This document shows positions 15,683-27,848 of a stretch of 64,000 nt of DNA, piece by piece. The notes beneath the pieces were generated by a model. That model was given only the letters and a program-made list of their open reading frames with translations, made no database searches and had not been told where the DNA came from. A program made the position numbers and the translations under genes. Source of the DNA: Escherichia coli (lineage in GTDB: Bacteria; Pseudomonadota; Gammaproteobacteria; Enterobacterales; Enterobacteriaceae); the NCBI RefSeq assembly GCF_016903815.1, contig NZ_CP069973.1; one strand, given 5' to 3'. Each line of letters starts with the position of its first letter. The first letter of the stretch is position 1.

Positions 15683-16405
15683 TCAAATTAAGCCAGTAGC
15701 GGCCGCGTAACAGGCCACCTGGGTCTTATTTGGTGCATTGATTTTTTTCTGCATGTTTTTCTGATGGAAATTGACCGTATTCTCAGAGATTGACAAAATC
15801 ATCGCTATCTCTGCTGATGTCTTCCCTTCCGCCGTCCATTTCAGAATTTCTTTTTCGCGCTTGCTGAAATTCATCTCTGGCGTCATCACTATTTCATCAT
15901 TTAAACGCATCAGAGCCATCAGACTTTCTCGCACCAGTAACTGCATTTTTAATTGCAGTTCATCACTAAGAATGGGTATTTCGCGCGTGCTGCAACGGGA
16001 AAAGGACAAAAAGCCCAGCGCCCGATTTGGCAGCATTAAATACTGAGTGACACCGCGGCGTAAACCATGTGCGCGCGCGGCTTCCCATAACGGCTGTGCT
16101 TCGCTGAATAAGTCATCATTCCACATTAAATGGCCCTGACTAAAGTTTTCAGGGTTCAGCACAGGATCAATTGCGAGAAAGTTTTTTGCCTGATAATAAC
16201 TAACCCAAGCCTCAGGGTAATTGGTGTAGAAAGCCACTTTAGGTCGCGTGAATGGTACCGGGTGGCGAACACATAACGAATAGTAATCGTACTCCAGCTG
16301 CTGAGCCTGAAGCTCTATTTCATGGTAGACCTCTTCTGCGGCCTCCATCCTCTGAAAACGCAACAGCATCGTGCGACGCCAGCTGAAAAAATCCGTATCC
16401 TGCAT
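15683..16405 (-). CDS. sdiA: LuxR-family quorum-sensing regulator SdiA
   Basis: ORF 15683-16417(-); SdiA begins MQDTDFFSWRRTMLLRFQRMEAAEEVYHEIELQAQQLEYDYY. Confidence 0.93.
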   Translation of the reverse strand: MQDTDFFSWRRTMLLRFQRMEAAEEVYHEIELQAQQLEYDYYSLCVRHPVPFTRPKVAFYTNYPEAWVSYYQAKNFLAIDPVLNPENFSQGHLMWNDDLFSEAQPLWEAARAHGLRRGVTQYLMLPNRALGFLSFSRCSTREIPILSDELQLKMQLLVRESLMALMRLNDEIVMTPEMNFSKREKEILKWTAEGKTSAEIAMILSISENTVNFHQKNMQKKINAPNKTQVACYAAATGLI

Positions 16406-16634
16406 AGTAAACCGCAACGCCCCTGAGAGTGAGTATCATTTATAATGATAATTCAAACTATCACATAAATAAGATTTATATATAATTTATATTATTCAGG
16501 CAATGAATTACTTTTGCAAGCCATCGCATTCTCTTATGTTATTAATGAGTTATGCTGATTTGTTAAGCACTTTTATTACGCTTGAAATGGCGTCCCGCCC
16601 CGACAGGTGAATCGTCGGGGCTGATTTTTTCTTA

Positions 16635-17387
16635 TTATTGCAGCAGAAACTTCTCGAGGAACTGGCGGGTGCGAGGCTGCTGAGGATCGGCAAATAACGC
16701 TTTTGCGGCCCCCTGCTCGACTATCCGCCCCTGGTCCATAAAGATCGCCCGGTCCGCAACATCCCGGGCAAAGCTCATTTCGTGCGTCACAATCACCATC
16801 GTGCGCTTTTCCTGCGCCAGCTGGCGGATGGTGTTCAGGACTTCGCCCACCAGCTCTGGATCCAGAGCCGACGTTGGCTCGTCAAACAAAATCACCTCAG
16901 GACGCATAGCCAGCGCTCGCGCAATCGCGACACGCTGCTGTTGACCGCCAGACAAACGACGTGGATAGCTGGTTTCTTTACCTGCCAGCCCAACTTTCGC
17001 CAGCAGCTCGCGAGCGCGCGCCGTGGCCTCTTCTTTTGGTTCGCCTTTGACGATCACCGGCCCTTCAATAATGTTTTCCAGCACCGTACGATGCGGAAAC
17101 AAATTAAAGTTCTGGAAGACAAACCCGACGTGCTGACGCAACTGGCGAATCAGCGATTTTTGCTGACTTAATGAACGTGCAGTATCAATGGTGATATCGC
17201 CAACGGTGATGGTTCCCGCTTCCGGTTGTTCCAGCAGATTTATGCTGCGTAGCAACGTGGTTTTGCCGGAACCACTCGGACCGATAATTGCCACCACTTC
17301 GCCAGGCTTCACCTCAAGGTCGATACCGTGCAGCACCGTCTGACCGTGGAATTTTTTCACCAGGTTTTTAACTTCAATGGCACTCAT
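16635..17387 (-). CDS. tcyN: L-cystine ABC transporter ATP-binding protein TcyN (YecC)
   Basis: ORF 250 aa with Walker A GPSGSGKTT and ABC signature LSGGQQQR. Confidence 0.9.
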   Translation of the reverse strand: MSAIEVKNLVKKFHGQTVLHGIDLEVKPGEVVAIIGPSGSGKTTLLRSINLLEQPEAGTITVGDITIDTARSLSQQKSLIRQLRQHVGFVFQNFNLFPHRTVLENIIEGPVIVKGEPKEEATARARELLAKVGLAGKETSYPRRLSGGQQQRVAIARALAMRPEVILFDEPTSALDPELVGEVLNTIRQLAQEKRTMVIVTHEMSFARDVADRAIFMDQGRIVEQGAAKALFADPQQPRTRQFLEKFLLQ

Positions 17388-18052
17388 TTTGGTTCTCTCT
17401 CCTGGCGATTAAGTTGATTCTCAAAATGGTTCTGCAACGTCGATAATACTGTCGCCATGATCCAGTAGATGAGCGAAGCCGCCAGGTACATGGTGAACAC
17501 TTCCAGCGTGCGCGAGGTAATCAACTGCGCCTGACGGAACAGCTCCGGCACCTGGATTGTCGCGGCCAGCGACGTATCTTTTACCAGGCTGATAAAGCTG
17601 TTCGACAGCGGCGGCAACGCCACCCGCGCCGCCTGTGGCAAAATCGCGCGACGCATGGTCTGCCACGGCGTCATACCAATACTGGCAGCAGCTTCCCACT
17701 GACCTTTATCAATAGAAGAAATGGCGGCGCGCAGCGTTTCGGCAGCATAGGCGGCAGTGTTCAGCGACAGACCAATCATTGCTGACGGAATGGGATCTAG
17801 TTCGATGCCAAACTGCGGCAGGCCGTAATAGATCATAAACAGTTGTGCGATGAGTGGCGTACCACGAAAAATAGAGATATAAAAACGCGCCAGCCAGCGC
17901 ACGGGCCAGATTGGCGAAAGGCGCATCAGCGCGAGAATAAACCCTAGCAGTAAGCCAAAAAACATGCCGCCGATACTGAGTTGCAGCGTATACCCAGCCC
18001 CTTTCAGCAGGAACGGCAAGGAATCAATAACCAGTTGTATACTTTCTTGCAT
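17384..18052 (-). CDS. tcyL: L-cystine ABC transporter permease TcyL (YecS)
   Basis: ORF 222 aa membrane protein; overlaps tcyN start. Confidence 0.9.
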   Translation of the reverse strand: MQESIQLVIDSLPFLLKGAGYTLQLSIGGMFFGLLLGFILALMRLSPIWPVRWLARFYISIFRGTPLIAQLFMIYYGLPQFGIELDPIPSAMIGLSLNTAAYAAETLRAAISSIDKGQWEAAASIGMTPWQTMRRAILPQAARVALPPLSNSFISLVKDTSLAATIQVPELFRQAQLITSRTLEVFTMYLAASLIYWIMATVLSTLQNHFENQLNRQEREPK

Positions 18053-18066
18053 GAGCGTTTCCGGAG

Positions 18067-19958
<1,892 letters not shown>

Positions 19959-20045
19959 ATTCACCCCGAATGTTGTTATGTCTGTTTGCAGTGTAGAGCC
20001 ATTGTTTGTAAACACAAAAACAACTCCGCTACATCTTATTCTTAT

Positions 20046-20597
20046 TTAATATATATCAGAAGCAGGCAGGCTGGAGGATTTCTGCACAAGTCCGGTACAC
20101 GTTTGACGCTGATAGTGTTGATACTTCCGTAACGCAATGCGGTAATTGTTGGTGCTGGTGGTGGGCAGCCACGGGGCGAGGATTTCATCAAGGAAACCGT
20201 CCTGCAGCTGATCGAGGGAAATATTTTGCTCGTGTAGATGATTACCCAAACGGCGCAGACGAACGACATATTCACGCACCGTACCTGGGCTCATTTCAGT
20301 TTGCTCAAAAAGAAATTGCTTAAAACCGATAATATCGAAAAAATCACTCTGCGTTTTGCAATGTAAATCACCGCAAAATCGGCACAATGCCGCCCATGAT
20401 TTTTGTTCCGTTTGCCAGCCATTTTCATCAAGAAGCATGTCCAGGCGGGAAATCTCGATTTTATTCACTATTTTGCCGTCGCGAACGAGGGTAATGCGGT
20501 CGAGTAATTTACGGCAATGCGCGCAATGGGTCTGGCTGTGTTTAAAGTCTTTAAGATAGCGGCTTAATGGCCGTCTTTTCAGGTGCTGCACCATCAT
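20046..20597 (-). CDS. fliZ: Flagellar regulator FliZ
   Basis: ORF 20046-20633(-); FliZ begins MMVQHLKRRPLSRYLKDFKHSQTHCAHCRKLLDRITLVRDGK. Confidence 0.9.
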   Translation of the reverse strand: MMVQHLKRRPLSRYLKDFKHSQTHCAHCRKLLDRITLVRDGKIVNKIEISRLDMLLDENGWQTEQKSWAALCRFCGDLHCKTQSDFFDIIGFKQFLFEQTEMSPGTVREYVVRLRRLGNHLHEQNISLDQLQDGFLDEILAPWLPTTSTNNYRIALRKYQHYQRQTCTGLVQKSSSLPASDIY

Positions 20598-20642
20598 TAA
20601 GAACTCCTGGTAGTCAAAATTAAAGTGCGGCATTTACTGACG

Positions 20643-21362
20643 TTATAACTTACCCAGTTTAGTGCGTAACCGTTTAATGGCCTGGCTGTGTAACTGACTG
20701 ACCCGCGATTCCCCGACCTCCAGCACCGCGCCAATCTCTTTGAGATTCAGCTCTTCCTGGTAATAGAGGGTTAATACCAGTTTTTCGCGCTCCGGCAACG
20801 TTTCGATAGCTTCCATCACCCGCTGGCGCAGATTACTGTCCAGCAGTTGTTGTAGCGGGTTTTCTCGCTGATGATCATCAGTAACCAGTTCGATGCTATC
20901 GCCGTGCTCTTCGCGCCACTCATCGTAGGAGAAGAGCTGGCTGTTATTGGTGTCGAGCAACATTTGGCGATAGTCGGCAATATCGATCCCTAAACGTTCC
21001 GCTACCTCAGGTTCCGTGGCGTTGCGGCCAAGTTCCTGCTCCAGTTGCCCTATTGCCTGTGCCACTTCACGCGCGTTGCGTCGCACGCTGCGCGGCACCC
21101 AGTCACGGCTGCGAAGTTCATCCAGCATAGCGCCACGGATACGCTGCACTGCGTAAGTTGTAAATGCCGTTCCTTGTAGGGCGTCATAGCGTTCGACGGC
21201 ATTGAGTAACCCAATGCCGCCCGCCTGTAGCAGATCGTCAAGTTCCACGCTCGCGGGCAGTCGAACCTGCAGGCGCAATGCTTCGTGACGCACCAGCGGG
21301 ACATAACGCTGCCACAGCGAGTGTTTATCCATTACACCTTCAGCGGTATAGAGTGAATTCAC
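20643..21362 (-). CDS. fliA: Flagellar sigma factor FliA (sigma28)
   Basis: ORF 239 aa MNSLYTAEGVMDKHSLWQRYVPLVRHEALRLQVRLPASVELDDLLQAGGIGLL. Confidence 0.95.
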   Translation of the reverse strand: MNSLYTAEGVMDKHSLWQRYVPLVRHEALRLQVRLPASVELDDLLQAGGIGLLNAVERYDALQGTAFTTYAVQRIRGAMLDELRSRDWVPRSVRRNAREVAQAIGQLEQELGRNATEPEVAERLGIDIADYRQMLLDTNNSQLFSYDEWREEHGDSIELVTDDHQRENPLQQLLDSNLRQRVMEAIETLPEREKLVLTLYYQEELNLKEIGAVLEVGESRVSQLHSQAIKRLRTKLGKL

Positions 21363-21482
21363 GATAAACAGCCCTGCGTTATATGAGTTATCGGCATGAT
21401 TATCCGTTTCTGCAGGGTTTTTAATCGGACGATTAGTGGGTGAAATGAGGGGTTATTTGGGGGTTACGCAAAAAGCCAATTG

Positions 21483-21508
21483 TAAAAAACCCCGCCGGAG
21501 CGGGGTTT
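21483..21508 (-). terminator. Rho-independent terminator of fliC
   Basis: Minus-strand hairpin caaaccccgctccggcggggtttttt just 3' of the fliC stop. Confidence 0.65.
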
Positions 21509-21525
21509 GAGAGGCATTCAGGCGA

Positions 21526-23178
21526 TTAACCCTGCAGCAGAGACAGAACCTGCTGCGGTACCTGGTTGGCTTTTGCCAGCACGGAGTTGCCTGCCTGCTG
21601 GATGATCTGCGCTTTCGACATATTGGACACTTCGGTCGCATAGTCGGCGTCCTGAATACGGGACTGCGCTTCGGACAGGTTGGTAGTGGTGTTGTTCAGG
21701 TTGGTGACTGCGGAATCCAGACGGTTTTGAACGGCACCGAGGGAGGAGCGGAATTTGTCGATCTGGCTGATAGCGTCGTCAAGAGCTGCCAGCGGATCTG
21801 ATGTTGATTCTGCTTTGCTAGTCGTATCCGTTGTTAACTTACCATCGGAACCTTTGTAGACCAGTTTACCGGCAGCCGCATCCTCAGTAGTTGTGATACT
21901 TCCATCAGCTTGTGCATAGTAAGTTGGCGGAGTATCACTGAGAACCCCATTGCTCATATAAGCGGTGTCTGCAGCAGCAGAACCTGTTGTTACGCTATAA
22001 GTCTTAGCACCTACAGTGGCAGTATAAGTGTCATTTTTTACTGCATTTGCAAATGTATTGGCATCAATGGACATTGATGCACCATCAAACGTTGTACCGT
22101 CACTGGTGAATGTTCCTTTATCAGTTTGGATGGTCGCGGCTTTAGCACCAGTAGCAGTAGCAGTAGCAAGTTTAGCCAAAGTAGCTTGTGTATCACCACC
22201 AGCATTATTTTTAGTTAAGTTACCGGTAGCATCCATATAAAGTACTGCGCCATCATCAGCAGCAGTTAAATTACCGGATTTATCGATGTTTACATCTTGA
22301 TCTTTGCCACCAATTGTAACTGTAGCTTTAGTCGTATCTCCGGCCTGAGGATTGAGGAAAGCAGCCAGATTAGCGCTGGAAATATCATCAGAAGCGGCGG
22401 AATATGAATTAGTGTCTTTATTGTAGGTATAGGTTACAGCAGCGGCTGGTGTACCAAAACCAACATCGGCGCTAGTTGTAACTTTATTTCCATCTGTGCC
22501 AGCAACAGCATTTAGAATATCTACGCTACTTGCTACAGCCGATTTGTCAGTATATTGAGTTACACCAACAGTTCCCCCTGGTGCCGCCGCAGCTGTGAAT
22601 CCAGACATATCTTTCAGGGTTGCTGCCGTATTAGCCGTTTCCCCCTTGCCGTTCACATTAAACCCATTCAGCCCCAGCGTATCAGAGTCAATTTTCTTCA
22701 GATCAATAGTAATCGTTTCGCCATCGTTCGCGCCGACCTGAATTTTCATCGAGCCATCTTTTGACAGTACGTTCACGCCGTTGAACTGGGTCTGGCCGGA
22801 TACGCGGTCAATTTCATCAAGACGGGATTTGATTTCGTCCTGAATGGAGTCCAGGTCAGAGGTGGAGTTAGTTCCGGTCGTCGCCTGAACCGTCAGTTCA
22901 CGAATACGCTGTAAGTTGTTGTTGATTTCGGACAGCGCGCCTTCGGTGGTCTGTGCAACAGAAATACCGTCGTTGGCGTTACGTGCAGCCTGAGTCAGGC
23001 CTTTAATATTAGAAGTAAAACGGTTAGCAATCGCCTGACCTGCGGCGTCATCCTTCGCGCTGTTAATACGCAAGCCAGAAGACAGACGCTCGATAGAACT
23101 CGACAGCGCAGACTGGTTCTTGTTGATATTATTTTGAGTGATCAGCGAGAGGCTGTTGGTATTAATGACTTGTGCCAT
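21526..23178 (-). CDS. fliC: Flagellin FliC, 550 aa, non-K-12 central (H-antigen) domain
   Basis: Conserved N-terminus [53 protein letters not shown] and C-terminus ...[66 protein letters not shown]; Thr/Ala/Gly-rich central region. Confidence 0.95.
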   Translation of the reverse strand: MAQVINTNSLSLITQNNINKNQSALSSSIERLSSGLRINSAKDDAAGQAIANRFTSNIKGLTQAARNANDGISVAQTTEGALSEINNNLQRIRELTVQATTGTNSTSDLDSIQDEIKSRLDEIDRVSGQTQFNGVNVLSKDGSMKIQVGANDGETITIDLKKIDSDTLGLNGFNVNGKGETANTAATLKDMSGFTAAAAPGGTVGVTQYTDKSAVASSVDILNAVAGTDGNKVTTSADVGFGTPAAAVTYTYNKDTNSYSAASDDISSANLAAFLNPQAGDTTKATVTIGGKDQDVNIDKSGNLTAADDGAVLYMDATGNLTKNNAGGDTQATLAKLATATATGAKAATIQTDKGTFTSDGTTFDGASMSIDANTFANAVKNDTYTATVGAKTYSVTTGSAAADTAYMSNGVLSDTPPTYYAQADGSITTTEDAAAGKLVYKGSDGKLTTDTTSKAESTSDPLAALDDAISQIDKFRSSLGAVQNRLDSAVTNLNNTTTNLSEAQSRIQDADYATEVSNMSKAQIIQQAGNSVLAKANQVPQQVLSLLQG

Positions 23179-23254
23179 GATTCGTTATCCTATATTGCAA
23201 GTCGTTGATTACGTATTGGGTTTCCACCCGTCGGCTCAATCGCCGTCAACCCTG

Positions 23255-23281
23255 TTATCGTCTGTCGTAAAACAACCTTTA
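23255..23281 (-). promoter_or_regulatory. Sigma28 (class III) promoter of fliC
   Basis: Minus strand reads TAAAGGTT-N11-GACGATAA, matching the sigma28 consensus TAAAGTTT-N11-GCCGATAA. Confidence 0.75.
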
Positions 23282-23373
23282 GAATTTTTTTCACAAACAG
23301 CCATTTTTTGTTAGTCGCCGAAATACTCTTTTCTCTGCCCCTTATTCCCGCTATTAAAAAAAACAATTAAACG

Positions 23374-23400
23374 TAAACTTTGCGCAATTCAGGCCGATAA
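23374..23400 (+). promoter_or_regulatory. Sigma28 promoter of fliDST
   Basis: TAAACTTT-N11-GCCGATAA on the plus strand upstream of fliD. Confidence 0.75.
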
Positions 23401-23443
23401 CCCCGGTATTCGTTTTACGTGTCGAAAGATAAAAGGAAATCGC

Positions 23444-24850
23444 ATGGCAAGTATTTCATCGCTGGGAGTCGGGTCAGGCCTGGATTTAAGTTCAATCCTT
23501 GATAGCCTCACCGCCGCGCAAAAAGCGACGCTAACCCCTATTTCAAATCAGCAATCGTCGTTTACCGCTAAACTTAGCGCCTACGGTACGCTGAAAAGCG
23601 CGCTGACGACTTTCCAGACCGCCAATACTGCATTGTCTAAAGCCGATCTTTTTTCCGCCACCAGCACTACCAGCAGCACCACCGCGTTCAGTGCCACCAC
23701 CGCGGGTAACGCCATCGCCGGGAAATACACCATCAGCGTCACCCATCTGGCGCAGGCGCAAACCCTGACCACGCGCACCACCAGAGACGATACGAAAACG
23801 GCGATCGCCACCAGCGACAGCAAACTCACCATTCAACAAGGCGGCGACAAAGATCCGATTACCATTGATATCAGCGCGGCTAACTCGTCGTTAAGCGGGA
23901 TCCGTGATGCCATCAACAACGCAAAAGCGGGCGTAAGTGCGAGCATCATTAACGTGGGTAACGGTGAATATCGTCTGTCAGTCACATCAAATGACACCGG
24001 CCTTGATAATGCGATGACACTCTCGGTCAGCGGTGATGATGCGCTACAAAGTTTTATGGGCTATGACGCCAGTGCCAGCAACAACGGCATGGAGGTCTCG
24101 GTCGCCGCCCAGAATGCGCAGCTGACGGTCAACAACGTCGCCATTGAGAACAGCAGCAACACCATCAGCGACGCGCTGGAAAACATCACCCTGAACCTGA
24201 ACGATGTCACCACGGGCAACCAGACGCTAACCATCACTCAGGACACCTCCAAAGCGCAAACGGCGATTAAAGACTGGGTGAATGCCTATAACTCGCTAAT
24301 AGATACCTTCAGCAGCCTGACCAAATACACCGCCGTAGATGCGGGAGCTGATAGCCAGAGTTCTAGCAATGGCGCACTGCTCGGCGACTCCACGCTGCGG
24401 ACGATTCAGACGCAGTTGAAATCGATGCTGAGTAATACCGTCAGTTCTTCCAACTATAAAACGCTGGCGCAGATTGGTATCACGACCGATCCCAGCGATG
24501 GCAAACTGGAACTGGATGCCGACAAACTCACCGCTGCACTAAAAAAAGATGCCAGCGGCGTAGGTGCATTGATTGTTGGCGATGGTAAAAAAACCGGCAT
24601 CACGACCACCATCGGCAGCAACCTGACCAGTTGGCTTTCGACAACAGGCATTATTAAAGCCGCTACCGATGGCGTTAGTAAGACCCTGAATAAGTTAACT
24701 AAAGACTACAACGCCGCCAGCGATCGCATTGATGCGCAGGTCGCGCGCTATAAAGAACAATTTACCCAACTGGACGTTTTAATGACCTCGTTAAATAGCA
24801 CCAGCAGCTACTTAACGCAGCAGTTCGAAAACAACAGTAATTCCAAGTAA
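23444..24850 (+). CDS. fliD: Flagellar filament cap protein FliD
   Basis: ORF 468 aa MASISSLGVGSGLDLSSILDSLTAAQKATLTPISNQQSS. Confidence 0.93.
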   Translation: MASISSLGVGSGLDLSSILDSLTAAQKATLTPISNQQSSFTAKLSAYGTLKSALTTFQTANTALSKADLFSATSTTSSTTAFSATTAGNAIAGKYTISVTHLAQAQTLTTRTTRDDTKTAIATSDSKLTIQQGGDKDPITIDISAANSSLSGIRDAINNAKAGVSASIINVGNGEYRLSVTSNDTGLDNAMTLSVSGDDALQSFMGYDASASNNGMEVSVAAQNAQLTVNNVAIENSSNTISDALENITLNLNDVTTGNQTLTITQDTSKAQTAIKDWVNAYNSLIDTFSSLTKYTAVDAGADSQSSSNGALLGDSTLRTIQTQLKSMLSNTVSSSNYKTLAQIGITTDPSDGKLELDADKLTAALKKDASGVGALIVGDGKKTGITTTIGSNLTSWLSTTGIIKAATDGVSKTLNKLTKDYNAASDRIDAQVARYKEQFTQLDVLMTSLNSTSSYLTQQFENNSNSK

Positions 24851-24874
24851 TCAATATTCATCGGGAGACAGGTC

Positions 24875-25285
24875 ATGTACGCGGCAAAAGGCACCCAGGC
24901 CTATGCACAAATTGGCGTCGAAAGCGCCGTAATGAGCGCCAGCCAGCAGCAGCTGGTCACCATGCTATTTGATGGAGTGCTAAGCGCACTGGTTAGAGCG
25001 CGCCTGTTTATGCAGGACAACAATCAGCAAGGCAAAGGCGTCTCTTTGTCAAAAGCGATCAACATCATTGAGAACGGGCTGCGGGTGAGTCTTGATGAAG
25101 AGAGCAAAGACGAACTAACCCAAAACTTGATTGCTCTTTATAGCTATATGGTCAGGCGTTTGCTGCAAGCCAATTTACGCAACGATGTCTCCGCAGTCGA
25201 AGAAGTGGAAGCATTAATGCGCAATATTGCCGATGCCTGGAAAGAGTCTTTACTCTCCCCTTCTTTGATTCAGGACCCAGTCTGA
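24875..25285 (+). CDS. fliS: Flagellin chaperone FliS
   Basis: ORF 136 aa [34 protein letters not shown]. Confidence 0.93.
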
Positions 25286-25650
25286 TGAACAATGCACCGC
25301 ATTTGTATTTCGCCTGGCAACAACTCGTCGAAAAAAGCCAGCTCATGTTACGCCTGGCAACGGAAGAACAATGGGACGAACTCATCGCCAGCGAAATGGC
25401 GTATGTGAATGCGGTGCAGGAGATTGCACATCTGACTGAAGAGGTTGCCCCGTCCACCACGATGCAGGAGCAGCTCCGCCCGATGCTGCGCCTGATTCTC
25501 GACAACGAAAGCAAGGTAAAGCAGTTATTACAGATTCGGATGGATGAACTGGCGAAACTGGTCGGTCAGTCATCGGTGCAAAAATCAGTGTTAAGTGCCT
25601 ATGGCGATCAGGGCGGCTTTGTGCTGGCTCCGCAAGATAACCTCTTTTGA
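25285..25650 (+). CDS. fliT: FliD chaperone / anti-FlhDC factor FliT
   Basis: ORF 121 aa [35 protein letters not shown]; start overlaps the fliS stop. Confidence 0.9.
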
Positions 25651-25727
25651 ATCTTAACGAGCCGATGGCTCGCGAATAATCCGATTACGGCTACGCTTCT
25701 AATGTTCCCCTTGAATGGAGTCGAAGA

Positions 25728-27215
25728 ATGCGTAATCCCACGCTGTTACAATGTTTTCACTGGTATTACCCGGAAGGCGGTAAGCTCTGGCCTGAACTGG
25801 CCGAGCGCGCAGACGGTTTTAATGATATTGGTATCAATATGGTCTGGTTGCCGCCCGCCTATAAAGGCGCATCGGGCGGCTATTCGGTCGGCTACGACTC
25901 CTATGATTTATTTGATCTAGGTGAGTTTGATCAGAAAGGCAGCATCCCTACTAAATATGGTGATAAAGCACAACTGCTGGCCGCCATTGACGCCCTGAAA
26001 CGTAATGACATTGCGGTGCTGCTGGACGTGGTAGTCAACCACAAAATGGGCGCGGATGAAAAAGAAGCTATTCGCGTGCAGCGTGTAAATGCTGATGACC
26101 GTACGCAAATTGACGAAGAAATCATTGAGTGTGAAGGCTGGACGCGTTACACCTTCCCCGCTCGTGCCGGGCAATACTCGCAGTTTATCTGGGATTTCAA
26201 ATGTTTTAGCGGTATCGACCATATCGAAAACCCTGATGAAGATGGCATTTTTAAAATTGTTAACGACTATACCGGAGAAGGCTGGAACGATCAGGTTGAT
26301 GATGAACTCGGTAATTTCGATTATCTGATGGGGGAGAATATCGATTTTCGCAATCATGCCGTGACGGAAGAGATTAAATACTGGGCGCGCTGGGTGATGG
26401 AACAAACGCAATGCGACGGCTTTCGTCTTGATGCGGTCAAACATATTCCGGCATGGTTTTATAAAGAGTGGATCGAACACGTACAGGAAGTTGCGCCAAA
26501 GCCGTTGTTTATTGTGGCTGAATACTGGTCGCATGAAGTCGATAAACTGCAAACGTATATTGATCAGGTGGAAGGCAAAACCATGCTGTTTGATGCGCCG
26601 CTGCAGATGAAATTCCATGAAGCATCGCGCATGGGTCGCGACTACGACATGACGCAGATCTTCACTGGGACGCTGGTGGAAGCCGATCCTTTTCACGCCG
26701 TAACCCTCGTTGCCAACCACGACACCCAACCGTTGCAAGCCCTCGAAGCCCCCGTCGAACCGTGGTTTAAACCGCTGGCGTATGCCTTAATTTTGTTGCG
26801 GGAAAATGGCGTTCCTTCGGTGTTCTATCCGGACCTCTACGGTGCACATTACGAAGATGTCGGTGGTGACGGGCAAACCTATCCGATAGATATGCCAATA
26901 ATCGAACAGCTTGATGAGTTAATTCTCGCCCGTCAGCGTTTCGCCCACGGTGTACAGACGTTATTTTTCGACCATCCGAACTGCATTGCCTTTAGCCGCA
27001 GTGGCACCGACGAATATCCCGGCTGCGTGGTGGTCATGTCGAACGGAGATGATGGCGAAAAAACCATTCATCTGGGAGAGAATTACGGCAATAAAACCTG
27101 GCGTGATTTTCTGGGGAACCGGCAAGAGAGCGTAGTGACAGACGAAAACGGCGAAGCGACCTTCTTTTGCAACGGCGGCAGCGTCAGCGTGTGGGTTATC
27201 GAAGAGGTGATTTAA
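25728..27215 (+). CDS. amyA: Cytoplasmic alpha-amylase AmyA
   Basis: ORF 495 aa [49 protein letters not shown]13 motifs. Confidence 0.93.
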   Translation: MRNPTLLQCFHWYYPEGGKLWPELAERADGFNDIGINMVWLPPAYKGASGGYSVGYDSYDLFDLGEFDQKGSIPTKYGDKAQLLAAIDALKRNDIAVLLDVVVNHKMGADEKEAIRVQRVNADDRTQIDEEIIECEGWTRYTFPARAGQYSQFIWDFKCFSGIDHIENPDEDGIFKIVNDYTGEGWNDQVDDELGNFDYLMGENIDFRNHAVTEEIKYWARWVMEQTQCDGFRLDAVKHIPAWFYKEWIEHVQEVAPKPLFIVAEYWSHEVDKLQTYIDQVEGKTMLFDAPLQMKFHEASRMGRDYDMTQIFTGTLVEADPFHAVTLVANHDTQPLQALEAPVEPWFKPLAYALILLRENGVPSVFYPDLYGAHYEDVGGDGQTYPIDMPIIEQLDELILARQRFAHGVQTLFFDHPNCIAFSRSGTDEYPGCVVVMSNGDDGEKTIHLGENYGNKTWRDFLGNRQESVVTDENGEATFFCNGGSVSVWVIEEVI

Positions 27216-27221
27216 ATCCAT

Positions 27222-27240
27222 CCCCGGCGGCAAGCCGGGG
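27222..27240. terminator. Hairpin between convergent amyA and yedD
   Basis: ccccggcggcaagccgggg inverted repeat. Confidence 0.5.
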
Positions 27241-27248
27241 AGATTTCA

Positions 27249-27665
27249 TTACGGCAGTGGCGTCGGTAACGGCGCTTTATCCAGCGCGGCGGCACACTCT
27301 GCCGTCGGGCGATCCACACGCTCCATCGTCATACCATCGTACTCAATGGTGTTACCGTCACGCTCAACCTCGTACAGCTCACGTTTTACGGTAACGTTAG
27401 TGAGATCATCAGACATCAATGTCAACTTACCCGGCACGGCAATCACCCGCTGCCACTGACGGCAATCCAGGGTATCGCCCTCTTTAGTGACAATGAGGCT
27501 GCCTATCGCTTCCGGACTGACCAACGCACGTTGCGGCCCTTTGGTCTGCCAGTAGCCCGCCAGCCAGTCCGGCGCGGGGGTTTTCACGACATTGTTATAG
27601 TTTTCGACTTCGGCACAGCCCGCCAGCAACATGAGCGCACCTGCAATTGCGAGTTTTTTCATCAT
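27249..27665 (-). CDS. yedD: Lipoprotein YedD
   Basis: ORF 138 aa MMKKLAIAGALMLLAGCAEVENYNNVVKTP (lipobox LAGC). Confidence 0.88.
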   Translation of the reverse strand: MMKKLAIAGALMLLAGCAEVENYNNVVKTPAPDWLAGYWQTKGPQRALVSPEAIGSLIVTKEGDTLDCRQWQRVIAVPGKLTLMSDDLTNVTVKRELYEVERDGNTIEYDGMTMERVDRPTAECAAALDKAPLPTPLP

Positions 27666-27848
27666 TCGTCCTGCATGCGAAGAAAAGAGGATTGTGGCAT
27701 TAAAGCCCTGATGTCGCCAGCCTTTCCAGGTTCAGAGAGAAATTTGATCTAACCATTATTTTTGTGAATTATTACCCCGAAAATAAATTTGCATGGTGTA
27801 TGATTCGCGAATCTTGTTTCAAACCTTCTGAGTTCAGAGGCTACATTC

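Noticed and set aside
25917-26738. 273-aa minus-strand ORF antisense to amyA
   Set aside because: Fully overlapped by amyA, which has clear GH13 alpha-amylase motifs; the antisense frame has no recognisable domain.
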